From an uncultured bacterium (GTDB taxonomy: Bacteria; Acidobacteriota; Aminicenantia; UBA2199), in NCBI GenBank assembly GCA_965371805.1, contig CBDUZW010000004.1, forward strand, positions 82,954 through 146,953: DNA of 64,000 nucleotides. The letters run 5' to 3'. Every line of letters begins with the position of its first letter. Position 1 is the stretch's first letter. Below the pieces are notes generated by a model. The model saw nothing but the letters and a program-made list of their open reading frames with translations. It was not told the origin of the DNA and made no database searches. This document shows, in pieces, positions 19,611 to 29,065 of this stretch. A program made the translations under genes and the position numbers.

Positions 19611-20845
19611 TATTTTCCAATAATTGTTATTGTCACCCTTCTATTCTTTTTTCTGGATTCTTCTGTTGTATTATCAAACTCACAATTATTTTCTCCATAA
19701 AAATAAGATTCAATAAGTGTGGGATCGATTTTTAGTTTTTCAACTATATATTTCTTTACTGCTTCGACTCTTTCTTTTGCTAATTTAAGATTATATTCAA
19801 CTCTTCCAATATTACAGGTAAATCCTTTCAGAACAATTGTATATTGTGTTTTGTCTTTAATGAAATCTGCTATTTTAGCTGTTTCAATAGGCTTTGTATC
19901 TGAAATACTATTATCGCTTAAATCAAATAAAATAACTAGTTCAAGAACTTTGTCATCCTCTTTTATTTCAATTTCTTTCTGCTTGGATCCAATTTCCGGC
20001 AGTTTTTCTTTCCCTTCAAAAACATTTTTTCTGAAAATTGGAAGATGAGTGAACTTATCTCCGATATGTACCGGGTTAGATAATTTCAACAGCTTAACAG
20101 TTGAATTAGTTTTTTGAGCAGATACAACAATTCCTGTCCCTGTAATCAATGGGGGGAGATTTTTATTAAATTCTTTGTAAAACAGAAGGAAATCACCTTT
20201 TTTTAAGAACGCATTTCCTACATCAACAGCTATCATATAATCGTCTCCAAACATTGTTCTAGTTGCCATTTTATCAGATTTTTTATGATAAACGACCCTT
20301 CCATTAATGTCAGATTTAATTAATTTACAATTTTTATAATTAATTTGTTCTTCAAATATTGGTTTTTCCTGTTTATGTTTTATTAGAAAATCACCTATAT
20401 AGACAGGATGGCAGCCTTCTTTTAGCTTAACAATTGCTTTGTCTTCATAAGTGCATGTTACTATAGCTAGAGACTTTTTTCCATAATATGTTCCAAGAGA
20501 GCCTGTTTTGAAAGGATGGCCTACTTTCCCGCCATTTTCTATAACAGAGAAAACATCTCCATCTTTTATTCCATCTTTTGATCCTTTATTTATGTACATT
20601 TCGTTCTCATCTGTATAAAAAGTTTTCCCAAGCCATTTCTGTTTTGCTCCAATTATTACTACGTCTTCAGCAATTTTATCAGTGATAAAAAATGAACAGT
20701 TAAATTCAGATCTTGATATTAATAAAGATTTTGTTTTGTAAATATACGCTTTTTCATACATTTGTTTTACAGTTTGCTTTTGGTTTTGTCCTATTAATGA
20801 AAATGATATTATAAGCATTAGTATTATTATAAATGTTTTTTTCAT
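19610..20845 (-). CDS. OmpA-family protein (N-terminal unknown domain plus C-terminal OmpA peptidoglycan-binding domain)
   Basis: Signal peptide. The C-terminal roughly 110 aa carry an OmpA-like fold (...NLKLAKERVEAVKKYIV...NRRVTITI). Confidence 0.7.
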   Translation of the reverse strand: MKKTFIIILMLIISFSLIGQNQKQTVKQMYEKAYIYKTKSLLISRSEFNCSFFITDKIAEDVVIIGAKQKWLGKTFYTDENEMYINKGSKDGIKDGDVFSVIENGGKVGHPFKTGSLGTYYGKKSLAIVTCTYEDKAIVKLKEGCHPVYIGDFLIKHKQEKPIFEEQINYKNCKLIKSDINGRVVYHKKSDKMATRTMFGDDYMIAVDVGNAFLKKGDFLLFYKEFNKNLPPLITGTGIVVSAQKTNSTVKLLKLSNPVHIGDKFTHLPIFRKNVFEGKEKLPEIGSKQKEIEIKEDDKVLELVILFDLSDNSISDTKPIETAKIADFIKDKTQYTIVLKGFTCNIGRVEYNLKLAKERVEAVKKYIVEKLKIDPTLIESYFYGENNCEFDNTTEESRKKNRRVTITIIGK

Positions 20846-21444
20846 TTTCTACTCCTGTTTTTTTTTATTTTTTGTCTATAGTTTAATGATGATTTTCTAA
20901 AATCTGAGTCTTGATATTCTTTTAATATTTTTTGAAATGCAAGGTCTGCTTTATTATAGTGTTTTTGTTTAAAATAAATATAACCAATTTTATATAGTGC
21001 ATAATCAGCTTTTTCGCTAAAAGGGAAATATCTATATATAAGTTTATAGTAATTTACTGCGTCGTTTAACTTGTTTAATTTTAAGTAAGACTCAGCTAGC
21101 CAGAAGAGGGAATTGTCTATTATCTTGTCATTAGAGTACATTAGAACAATTTGTTCCAATGTCAGAATTGCCTTTGAATAATTTTCTTCAAGGAATAGTT
21201 TGTATCCCTTTGCATAGATTGCTTTTTTGTTTTTGTCTTTTTTATCTGTTTTTCTGATTTTTGAAACAGTCAGGTTCTTAGATATTTTTTTTAGATTTTC
21301 CTCTGTTTTTATTTGACTTGATTCCAGTTGATATAACTGCTCATTTATCCCTACAATATCTTTTTTAATTCTATCATTGTCAATACTTTTACATGATATC
21401 ATAACTAAAGTGACTATCAGGAAAATTAATATTTGTTTTTTCAT
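20842..21444 (-). CDS. TPR-repeat lipoprotein (YbgF/CpoB-like)
   Basis: Lipobox LVMISC, coiled coil, then TPR repeats (AILTLEQIV..., AESYLKLNKLNDAVNYYK..., ALYKIGYIYF). Confidence 0.55.
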   Translation of the reverse strand: MKKQILIFLIVTLVMISCKSIDNDRIKKDIVGINEQLYQLESSQIKTEENLKKISKNLTVSKIRKTDKKDKNKKAIYAKGYKLFLEENYSKAILTLEQIVLMYSNDKIIDNSLFWLAESYLKLNKLNDAVNYYKLIYRYFPFSEKADYALYKIGYIYFKQKHYNKADLAFQKILKEYQDSDFRKSSLNYRQKIKKNRSRK

Positions 21445-21561
21445 TCTATACCAGTTCTATTAAATCATAAAAAAAAAAAAAAAACAACTACTTATTGCTG
21501 TTTTTTTTTTTTCAATATGATATATTGAGTTGTTGTTTATTTTATAATATAGGATAATTAT

Positions 21562-21960
21562 ATGGATTTAAGAATAGTTGCTATTGATGATGATAAAAAG
21601 ATAACAGTATTTTTGAAAAAGGAACTTGAAAAATCAGGTAATATAGTTTTTACTGCAAATAATGGTACTGCAGGATTAGAACTTGTTAAAAAAAAAAATC
21701 CGGATCTTGTTATATGTGATATGCTGATCCCTGGAATTCATGGTGCTGAACTAGCTAGGCAGTTAAGGGCTGATCCTCTTCTTACAGATTTAAAAATTAT
21801 TTTGATGACAGCGGTTTATAAAAAAATCAGCTGGTTAGTGGAATTAAAGTCATTGGCTGATGGTTTTCTTGATAAACCCTTTGGAATTCCCCAGGTAACA
21901 GAATTGATTAATAAAGTAATGGTGAAAAATAAAAAAAATAGGAGAGAAGATGGGAAATAA
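21562..21960 (+). CDS. Single-domain response regulator (receiver only)
   Basis: DDD...ICDMLIPGIHG receiver signature. 132 aa. Confidence 0.8.
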   Translation: MDLRIVAIDDDKKITVFLKKELEKSGNIVFTANNGTAGLELVKKKNPDLVICDMLIPGIHGAELARQLRADPLLTDLKIILMTAVYKKISWLVELKSLADGFLDKPFGIPQVTELINKVMVKNKKNRREDGK

Positions 21961-22324
21961 AGTTGTAATAGTAGATGATGATGTAAAAATTGTAATTTTA
22001 CTTGAAAAAGTTCTTGCCAAGCTGGGATTTGAGGTTTTCAGTGCTGGAGATGGGGATAAAGCTCTGGAACTTGTAAAAAAGGAAAAACCTGATTTGTTGA
22101 TTAGCGATATGTTGATCCCTGGCATTCATGGAATTGAACTGTCAAAAATGGTAAAACAGGATCCGGACTTAAAGGATACGATTGTAATTTTAATGACATC
22201 TGTTTATAGTAAACTTGAATATACATCCAAAGATATGACTTCACAAGCGGATGAATTTATAGAAAAACCAATTGATGTAAAAGATATTATTAGTCTGATT
22301 GGCAGATTGAAAGATTGGAGCTGA
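21950..22324 (+). CDS. Single-domain response regulator (receiver only), tandem paralog of the previous gene
   Basis: VVIVDDD...ISDMLIPGIHG. About 45% identical to the upstream receiver. Overlaps it by 11 nt. Confidence 0.8.
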   Translation: MGNKVVIVDDDVKIVILLEKVLAKLGFEVFSAGDGDKALELVKKEKPDLLISDMLIPGIHGIELSKMVKQDPDLKDTIVILMTSVYSKLEYTSKDMTSQADEFIEKPIDVKDIISLIGRLKDWS

Positions 22325-22348
22325 CCTTATCTTAAAAGACAAATAATA

Positions 22349-24160
22349 ATGAATAAATTAAAAAAAGGTGGAAGCAGTGATGTTGATTCTGTTTACAATC
22401 GAGAATTTGAGATTCTTGAGAAAGCTTTAAAATATCTTGATTCTGATGGTATTCCAAATGAAGAATTTTATGGAGAGTATAAAAACCTCGCAAAGAATTA
22501 TAAAAAATTACTGCGGCAGACTATCAAGATAACTAAAGTTGGAGATAGTAACCAGAGAAAGGTTCTTCAGGCAAATGATAAAATTGAAGAACAAAATAGT
22601 GAACTTGAAAAAGCAAGAAAAGAAGCTGATAGAGCAAATAGTGCAAAAAGTGATTTTCTTGCGAAGATGAGCCATGAGATAAGAACGCCGATGAATGCAG
22701 TTCTTGGAATGACCGAATTGACTCTGTTAACCGATTTAAATGCGGAGCAGCTTGATTATCTGCAAACTGTCAAAAGTGCTGGACAGAACCTTCTCCATAT
22801 CATAAATGATATTTTAGATTTTTCAAAAATTGAAGCGAAACAGTTAACACTTGAAAGTATAGACTTTGACTTGAATGAATTGATAACATCAACTGTAAAA
22901 ATGTTAACTGTAAATGCAGAAAAAAAAGGGTTGAAGCTACTCTCAAAAATAGAAAAAAATGTGCCAATTGTTTTGAGAGGTGATTCGGTTCGTATAAGAC
23001 AGATTATAATTAATCTTATAGGTAATGCAATAAAATTTACATCTGAGGGGAATATTTTAATAGGTGCCGCTCTTGTTGATGAGAAAAATCAGAGAGAGGG
23101 AATATTTAACGTGCTTTTTTCGATAACAGATAAAGGTATTGGAATGAATGAGGAACAACAGGGGAAGATTTTTGAAAGTTTTAGTCAGGCAGATAGTTCC
23201 ACTACAAGAAAATATGGAGGAACCGGATTAGGCCTGGCAATATGTAAACAGCTGTCTGAACTGATGGGTGGAGGCATAAGTGTTGTGAGTGAACCGGGAA
23301 ATGGTAGTACTTTCAGCTTTTCAGTACTACTAAAACAAGGAGATCCCAAAGTTCTGGAAGAGTTTAAAAAAGAAAAAATGGTTGATGTTAAAGATATCAG
23401 CCCATTAAAGATACTTCTTGCCGAAGATAATAAGATGAACATTAAGTTAGCCCTTACCTTTTTAGAGAAGGCAGGACATTCAGTGACAGTTGCATATAAT
23501 GGTATAGAAGCTTTGAATGAATTAAAAATGGGGCGATTTGATGTGATTCTTATGGATGTTGAAATGCCTGGTATGGATGGACTTGAAGCAGCCGCATTAA
23601 TAAGGAAAGGTGAGTGTGGAACTGAAAAAAAATCAATTCCTATCGTTGCGATGACCGCACATTCTCTCCCTGAATATAAAGATAAAGTATTTAAAGCTGG
23701 AATGAATGAGTTTATTACTAAACCTATAGATCTTGCATTGTTAAACAGAACTCTTGCCAAAATTATTCCTGAATATTCAAATGTAGACCTAAAAGTTAAA
23801 ACATCATATATCAAACCGGATTTAGATGAAACTATAAGGTTTAATAAAAAGAAAGCTATTGATAAACTAGGTGATGATCTTGATTTGTTCAAACAATTTT
23901 GTGGGATGTTTGTAGATGAAATACCTGAGATTTCAAAGCAATTAAATATTGTTATTGAAAATAAGGATAGTGAGGAAATCAGAAAAAAAGCACATTATTT
24001 AAAAGGTTCGGCTGCTATGCTTGGATTAGATATTATATGTGAGATTTCAGCAAAGCTCGAAGCTGCCGGGAAAGAGAATAAGTTAGAGGAGACAGGAGAA
24101 TTATTTAAGACACTCTCAAATGAACTTCTGATTTCAGAAAAATTAATTGCAGAATTATAA
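22349..24160 (+). CDS. Cytoplasmic hybrid sensor histidine kinase: N-terminal helical module, HisKA, HATPase, receiver and C-terminal HPt
   Basis: H-box [15 protein letters not shown] (His109). GNAIKFT and GGTGLGLAI ATPase boxes. Receiver [14 protein letters not shown]. HPt motif [12 protein letters not shown]. No TM segment. Confidence 0.85.
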   Translation: MNKLKKGGSSDVDSVYNREFEILEKALKYLDSDGIPNEEFYGEYKNLAKNYKKLLRQTIKITKVGDSNQRKVLQANDKIEEQNSELEKARKEADRANSAKSDFLAKMSHEIRTPMNAVLGMTELTLLTDLNAEQLDYLQTVKSAGQNLLHIINDILDFSKIEAKQLTLESIDFDLNELITSTVKMLTVNAEKKGLKLLSKIEKNVPIVLRGDSVRIRQIIINLIGNAIKFTSEGNILIGAALVDEKNQREGIFNVLFSITDKGIGMNEEQQGKIFESFSQADSSTTRKYGGTGLGLAICKQLSELMGGGISVVSEPGNGSTFSFSVLLKQGDPKVLEEFKKEKMVDVKDISPLKILLAEDNKMNIKLALTFLEKAGHSVTVAYNGIEALNELKMGRFDVILMDVEMPGMDGLEAAALIRKGECGTEKKSIPIVAMTAHSLPEYKDKVFKAGMNEFITKPIDLALLNRTLAKIIPEYSNVDLKVKTSYIKPDLDETIRFNKKKAIDKLGDDLDLFKQFCGMFVDEIPEISKQLNIVIENKDSEEIRKKAHYLKGSAAMLGLDIICEISAKLEAAGKENKLEETGELFKTLSNELLISEKLIAEL

Positions 24161-24169
24161 AGGAAAAAT

Positions 24170-24931
24170 ATGATCAAATCTAAAAGACTTGAAAATGATA
24201 TGTATGAGAAAGAATCAATTCTTCTTGAAAATGTAGTACAGGGTTCTTTAAATGAAAATCTCTCAAAAGATGAATTACATTCAAAACTTTCTTTTTTAAT
24301 TAAATCTTATGGCAAGTTGTTAAAACTTATTAGAAAAATAACAAAGGTAGGGGATGCTAATCAGAGAAAGCTTGTTCTTGCATATGATGAAATAGAGAAA
24401 CAGAAGAAAGAACTGGACAGTGCTTATTATAAGTTAGACCTATTGGCAAGAAAAGATCCTCTTACTCAACTTTCAAACAGAAGAGATTTTCTTGAAAAAG
24501 TAAATACAGAGATGGTAAGGTTTGAAAGGGATAAAAAAGAATTTGCTTTTGTTCTAAGTGATATAGATGATTTTAAATCTTTTAATGATAAATATGGACA
24601 TGACTGTGGTGACTTTGTTTTAAAAAAAGTTTCTGAAGTATTTTCGAAAACAATCAGAAAACAGGATGCCGTAGGCAGGTGGGGGGGGGAAGAATTTATT
24701 CTGCTACTTCCTGGATCCCTGGCGGATGGTGCAATAAAGATCGCTGAAATAATAAGAAAAGCGATATCTGAACAGACATATGTATATGGAGATCTAAAAC
24801 TATCTATTACTATGACTTTTGGCGTATCTATTTATGATGGATCCGGGGATATCGATAGTTGCATTAAAGAAGCAGATGAGGCTTTATATCTAGGCAAACA
24901 AAAGGGAAAAAATTGTGTTATATGGAGATAA
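24170..24931 (+). CDS. GGDEF diguanylate cyclase with an N-terminal helical stalk (SiaD-like)
   Basis: GGEEF active site (RWGGEEF). Upstream RxxD-type region. No TM segment. The N-terminal 45-70 aa block is shared with the hybrid kinase. Confidence 0.8.
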   Translation: MIKSKRLENDMYEKESILLENVVQGSLNENLSKDELHSKLSFLIKSYGKLLKLIRKITKVGDANQRKLVLAYDEIEKQKKELDSAYYKLDLLARKDPLTQLSNRRDFLEKVNTEMVRFERDKKEFAFVLSDIDDFKSFNDKYGHDCGDFVLKKVSEVFSKTIRKQDAVGRWGGEEFILLLPGSLADGAIKIAEIIRKAISEQTYVYGDLKLSITMTFGVSIYDGSGDIDSCIKEADEALYLGKQKGKNCVIWR

Positions 24932-25493
24932 TATGGATAAACTAAAACTTTTTGAGTATTATAATAAGATGTGTAACCAGAATATTGTTCTGGACTTCCA
25001 GGGAGTTATTTCTCAGGATCTGCTTGTAGGCATGGCTGAGATGATAAAAAACAAATTCACTCAGAAATTTGGAAAAACAACAATGGTAAAAAAAATGTTT
25101 TCCGTATTTATTGAGCTTGCACAGAATATTGCCTACTATTCTTTTGAGAGGGTTGAGCTTGAAAAAGGGAAAGAAAAAGTTGGTGCCGGTATTATTGTTG
25201 TAACTGAACAGGATACATATTATACAATTACATCAGGTAATAAGATAGAGAAAGATAAAGCCATGGCAGTTGTAAAACAATGTGAGCATTTGAATAGATT
25301 AAATGAAGATGAATTGAAAGTTTATTATAAAGGGAAACTGAGAGAACCAAGACCTGAAGGAAAAAAAGGCGGTGGAGTCGGTTTAGTAGAAATTTTGAGA
25401 AAAGCAAAAAGTAAGATAGAGTATAAGGTAACTCCTATCAATGATATAGAATCATTTTTAGTGTTATCTGTGAAAATAGAGGAGATATTATGA
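24915..25493 (+). CDS. SiaB-family protein kinase-like (GHKL/anti-sigma-kinase fold)
   Basis: 192 aa. ISQDLLVGMAEMIK near the N-terminus and the G-box KKGGGVGLVEILRKA near the C-terminus fit the SiaB-family pattern. Overlaps both the DGC gene and the SiaC-like gene. Confidence 0.5.
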   Translation: MLYGDNMDKLKLFEYYNKMCNQNIVLDFQGVISQDLLVGMAEMIKNKFTQKFGKTTMVKKMFSVFIELAQNIAYYSFERVELEKGKEKVGAGIIVVTEQDTYYTITSGNKIEKDKAMAVVKQCEHLNRLNEDELKVYYKGKLREPRPEGKKGGGVGLVEILRKAKSKIEYKVTPINDIESFLVLSVKIEEIL

Positions 25494-25864
25494 AAGATCT
25501 AAAAGTTAAAAAAACAAAATACACACTGGATATTGATTTTAATGGAACAACAGGAGTGCTGGAGATGGCTGGTTCCTCTTATCCTGAGAATGCGATTGAT
25601 TTTTATAAACCAATAATTAATTGGATAGAATCCTTTATTAAAGAAGAAGCTAAACCCATAACTTTGAATTTCAGACTGAATTATCTAAATACTAGCTCGA
25701 CAAAATGTATACTTGATATATTTGAAATTCTTGAAGAATATAACGAAAAGAATGAGGTAATAGTTAATTGGTACTATGAAGAGGATGATGAAGATATTCT
25801 GGAAACTGGTGAAGAAATGGGAGAAGATATGGAAATCTCAATGAACTTCATCCCTATTAAATAG
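25490..25864 (+). CDS. SiaC-like DUF1987 phosphoprotein
   Basis: 124 aa. GSSYPENAIDFY and the LNYLNTSSTK block, with Thr at position 68, match the SiaC/DUF1987 signature including the phospho-acceptor threonine. Confidence 0.6.
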   Translation: MKDLKVKKTKYTLDIDFNGTTGVLEMAGSSYPENAIDFYKPIINWIESFIKEEAKPITLNFRLNYLNTSSTKCILDIFEILEEYNEKNEVIVNWYYEEDDEDILETGEEMGEDMEISMNFIPIK

Positions 25865-25940
25865 ACAGGATTGTTTACAAATTATTCTGATCAAAAAAAT
25901 ATATGATAATTATGGAATGTAATATTCCCACCTCCAGCAA

Positions 25941-25985
25941 CCAGAAACCTCTTTATAAAAGGTTTCCGGTCGCAATAAATTTTTA
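25941..25985 (+). terminator. Candidate intrinsic terminator after the siaC-like gene
   Basis: Imperfect hairpin CCAGAAACCTCTTT-ATA-AAAGGTTTCCGG followed by an A/T-rich tail. Confidence 0.3.
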
Positions 25986-26021
25986 AAATAATTACATCTT
26001 AAAAGGAGACAAAATTCTAAT

Positions 26022-26424
26022 TTAATAAAATGTTAGAATTGCACTTTTATCACAGCCCTCATCTTAGGATGAAAAGTACAGTAATAGCTCCAATCACCTT
26101 CCCATTGAAAAGTATGCTTAAAAGTCATGTTGGGAGATAGTGTTGCGGAATTAAAATCTTCAAATAACACCCTTGAGAGATCGCTCGTTGAACTAGGAGT
26201 ACCACTGTAACAGTATGGTTTGAAGATCCTTTATTAACCCATGTGATCTCTGTGTTTGGGTTGGTTACTGTAATGCTTGTTGGTACAAAATAGTTGTCAT
26301 ATATATATACTGTATTGATTGGCGGCGTTTCATCTTTCGCTTCCGCTACAGCACTTTTCTTGCAGCCTGGTATTGATAATATAGTTAAGGATGCGATTAA
26401 TAATATTATCAATGTTTTCATCAT
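26022..26424 (-). pseudogene. Cupredoxin (blue-copper) lipoprotein interrupted by a single-nucleotide frameshift near 26200
   Basis: Frame 1 (the 26125-26424 ORF) gives a lipobox signal peptide (LSIPGC) and ...TEITWVNKGSSNHTVTV. A second frame continues ...SDLSRVLFEDF...TFKHTFQWEGDWSYYCTFHPKMRAVIKVQF*, which supplies the Cys, His and Met copper ligands. Confidence 0.5.
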
Positions 26425-26671
26425 ATCAACCTCCTTTGAAATTGCATTAGCCTATATTGTTATAAATTAACGAAAAATTCAACAAAATTATTTTTTTTTT
26501 AAAATTAAATTTAAAATGAAAGAATTATTCCACAATGCTTAAGTAAAATAAGCAATAAAAAATATAGTTAAATCATTTTATTTTCTGAAATTAAATTTTT
26601 AATTATATATTATCTATAAACTATTAATATGAAATCTTAAGAAGGAAAAAAGAAGAGAAATCAACGCATTT

Positions 26672-27199
26672 TTATTTCACAATAATTTTTGTCGAAATAA
26701 TTGCCATCAGTTTACCTTTCCCATTTCTAAACATCAGTATACCTTTTAACTGTTTCTGGCTCCTGGAAAAATTAAAAATGGGATTGATTATCTGTTTCCA
26801 GACTGACGGTTCAGTGCTTGGGAAAGTTGTGGGTTCAACTCCAAATATATGTGTTCTATTACCTTTGGGTGCAATGTAACCTCTAGGCAAATATTTGCCT
26901 AGACTCACCGGTCTTTTATTATCTCCAATTTTAAGCAAAATCTGGGTGAGCTCTGAAATTTTTGCTTTACCTAGTGCATTTAAGACATTGACCATTTGTA
27001 TTCTATAATTGCCGCTATTTGATTTTTCCATCGTCAACACTCTTATAGAGGGGTTTGTATTAAAGGAATTCCATCTATTTAACATATTTTTCTTTGAATC
27101 GTTTTTAGAGAGAATTGGTCCTGTACAAATAATCAAAAATACAATAGTTAAAATGAATAAATATTTTTTTTTCATTCTTCCCCCTGAAAGTCTTCCCAC
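26672..27199 (-). CDS. Hypothetical secreted protein
   Basis: ORF with an N-terminal signal/TM helix (MKKKYLFILTIVFLIICTG). No recognisable domain. Confidence 0.35.
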   Translation of the reverse strand: MGRLSGGRMKKKYLFILTIVFLIICTGPILSKNDSKKNMLNRWNSFNTNPSIRVLTMEKSNSGNYRIQMVNVLNALGKAKISELTQILLKIGDNKRPVSLGKYLPRGYIAPKGNRTHIFGVEPTTFPSTEPSVWKQIINPIFNFSRSQKQLKGILMFRNGKGKLMAIISTKIIVK

Positions 27200-27293
27200 A
27201 TATTTAAATAAAAGTTATAGTCAAAAATCTCATTTTATAGAATTTTTCCATAATTTACTCTAAGTTCTATAAAATGACAGGTGATTTTATGGG

Positions 27294-27908
27294 TCAGAAA
27301 AAAGAGAGATCGCCTTCTCCCTCTCTAATTATAACTGGTGGGTCAACGGAAAAATCGACTATTGAAGATGGCTTATTTGGTCTTATTCCGCTGTCTAATA
27401 TTAAGTCAATTTCATGTCCAAACATTTTGGCTATTTCTAAAGGATCAGTAAAGTAGTCATCTTCTCCCTTTGGGACACTTGCACTTAATATTGGCATTCC
27501 CATCTCTAGACTTATACATTTAGATACTTCACAGTTTGGAACTCTTATTCCAATAGTTTTCCTTTTTTGTAGTATAGATTTATGAACACTTTTTGAGGCA
27601 GGAAGAATAAAGGTATATTTTCCCGGAAGTACTTTTTTCATTAGCCGGAAAGTTGAGTTGGACACTTTAACCCAATCTCCGATCTCTTTTAGGTCAGGAA
27701 AAACAAAACTTAGAAGCTTGTGTTTATTTATTTTTTTAATTCTTAAGATTGTCTCAATGGCTTTTTTTTGTGTAATATCTGCTGCAAGTCCATATATTGT
27801 GTCAGTCGGATATACAATAACCCCACCTTTTTTCAGAATATCTGCTGCATGTATCATCTGTTTTCTATGAGGTGTATCGATATATACTTGTTGAATTTCT
27901 ACTCCCAT
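27294..27908 (-). CDS. tsaC: L-threonylcarbamoyladenylate synthase (YrdC/Sua5 family)
   Basis: VYPTDTIYGLAADITQKKAIETILRIKK is the YrdC-domain signature. 204 aa. Confidence 0.8.
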   Translation of the reverse strand: MGVEIQQVYIDTPHRKQMIHAADILKKGGVIVYPTDTIYGLAADITQKKAIETILRIKKINKHKLLSFVFPDLKEIGDWVKVSNSTFRLMKKVLPGKYTFILPASKSVHKSILQKRKTIGIRVPNCEVSKCISLEMGMPILSASVPKGEDDYFTDPLEIAKMFGHEIDLILDSGIRPNKPSSIVDFSVDPPVIIREGEGDLSFF

Positions 27909-27929
27909 TTTGAATATTATTTATCTCAA

Positions 27930-28154
27930 TTAATCCTGTGGTTGTACCCATTCTATCTGTCTTTTATTGAGAAAAATTACAGGGAATGAATTACCATCAG
28001 TTGAGACTTCATTGAGGATTATAAAATCAGAATCTAATGTTGTAAACATATCTGATAATCTTTCCTGAAGCTCAATATTTATCGTACCTTCAAAAATTGA
28101 ACCACTAATAGTTTTTACAGCGACTTTTTTTTTATTAATAAACTTATCTTGCAT
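27930..28154 (-). CDS. Small hypothetical protein (74 aa)
   Basis: ORF only. Lies in an operon position upstream of tsaC. Confidence 0.3.
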   Translation of the reverse strand: MQDKFINKKKVAVKTISGSIFEGTINIELQERLSDMFTTLDSDFIILNEVSTDGNSFPVIFLNKRQIEWVQPQD

Positions 28155-28192
28155 TTATTCCTCCAATAATTTACTATGTAATTGTACAATTT

Positions 28193-28915
28193 TTAAAATT
28201 TAAAAGCAAATCCACCTCTGAAGATTAAGCCATCATAGACTGCAACCTCTCCAAGAAAATAAATATTGTTGGTTATTTCTCCCTTTACTCCAATAGAGAA
28301 ATATATAATGGGAAAAAAACTGAGGGGGAATTTTTTTCCTTCCTCTTCTTCATATTCTTCTATTAATTCTGTTAAAGTAGTTTCCTCATTTATTTCACTC
28401 ACAATGGCACCGGCAGCTGTCGTACCGGTGATTGTGCCATTAATAAATCCATTTATTCTTCCAATTCCAAAGCCAAAACCAAAAAAAGGATGAACTCTAT
28501 ACTTGGGGGCTATATCCCACCTTAAACTGAAATTAAATGAATGCGGCTGAATATTGAAGATTCCAATTGCACTTATTTCACTTGAAACTCCGTAAATTGT
28601 ATCTTTGTAATTACCAGAAAGATCGCCTTTGAAATTATTCTTTTCATATGATACCCCTAGCGAAAATGATCCGTACTTGCCTTTAGGGTAATATCTGAGA
28701 TCTATTCCATAGTTATTCCCATTTGAGTCAAAGTTCAGGTCTCCTTTATTACTATCGAAATTATCAAAAACATCTTCTAGGCCCTTTTCTATAAAGGGTT
28801 TTGCAAAATTAATCGACCAATATGAGTAGTGTATGCCAACTTCCCATTTTCCGTTCCCATAAATATTGGCAAATAACAAAAATATAGTTAGTATTAATAA
28901 AAACGTTTTTTTCAT
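28193..28915 (-). CDS. Outer-membrane beta-barrel protein
   Basis: Signal peptide, alternating hydrophobic beta-strand pattern, and a C-terminal aromatic residue (...FAFKF). Confidence 0.55.
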   Translation of the reverse strand: MKKTFLLILTIFLLFANIYGNGKWEVGIHYSYWSINFAKPFIEKGLEDVFDNFDSNKGDLNFDSNGNNYGIDLRYYPKGKYGSFSLGVSYEKNNFKGDLSGNYKDTIYGVSSEISAIGIFNIQPHSFNFSLRWDIAPKYRVHPFFGFGFGIGRINGFINGTITGTTAAGAIVSEINEETTLTELIEEYEEEEGKKFPLSFFPIIYFSIGVKGEITNNIYFLGEVAVYDGLIFRGGFAFKF

Positions 28916-29065
28916 CTTTTCACCTCCTTAAAAGGGTTATTATAAATGTAGGATTTTTTTTTAAAAAATTCAACAAAAAAGTTGAATAATAAATAATAAA
29001 GTATTAGAATACTGTTTAATTGATGTTACTTTTAACAATAAAAAAATATATATAGGAGGTCTGTT

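Noticed and set aside
23185-23892. 235-aa minus-strand ORF inside the hybrid histidine kinase
   Set aside because: Antisense shadow of a gene with clear HisKA, HATPase and REC motifs.
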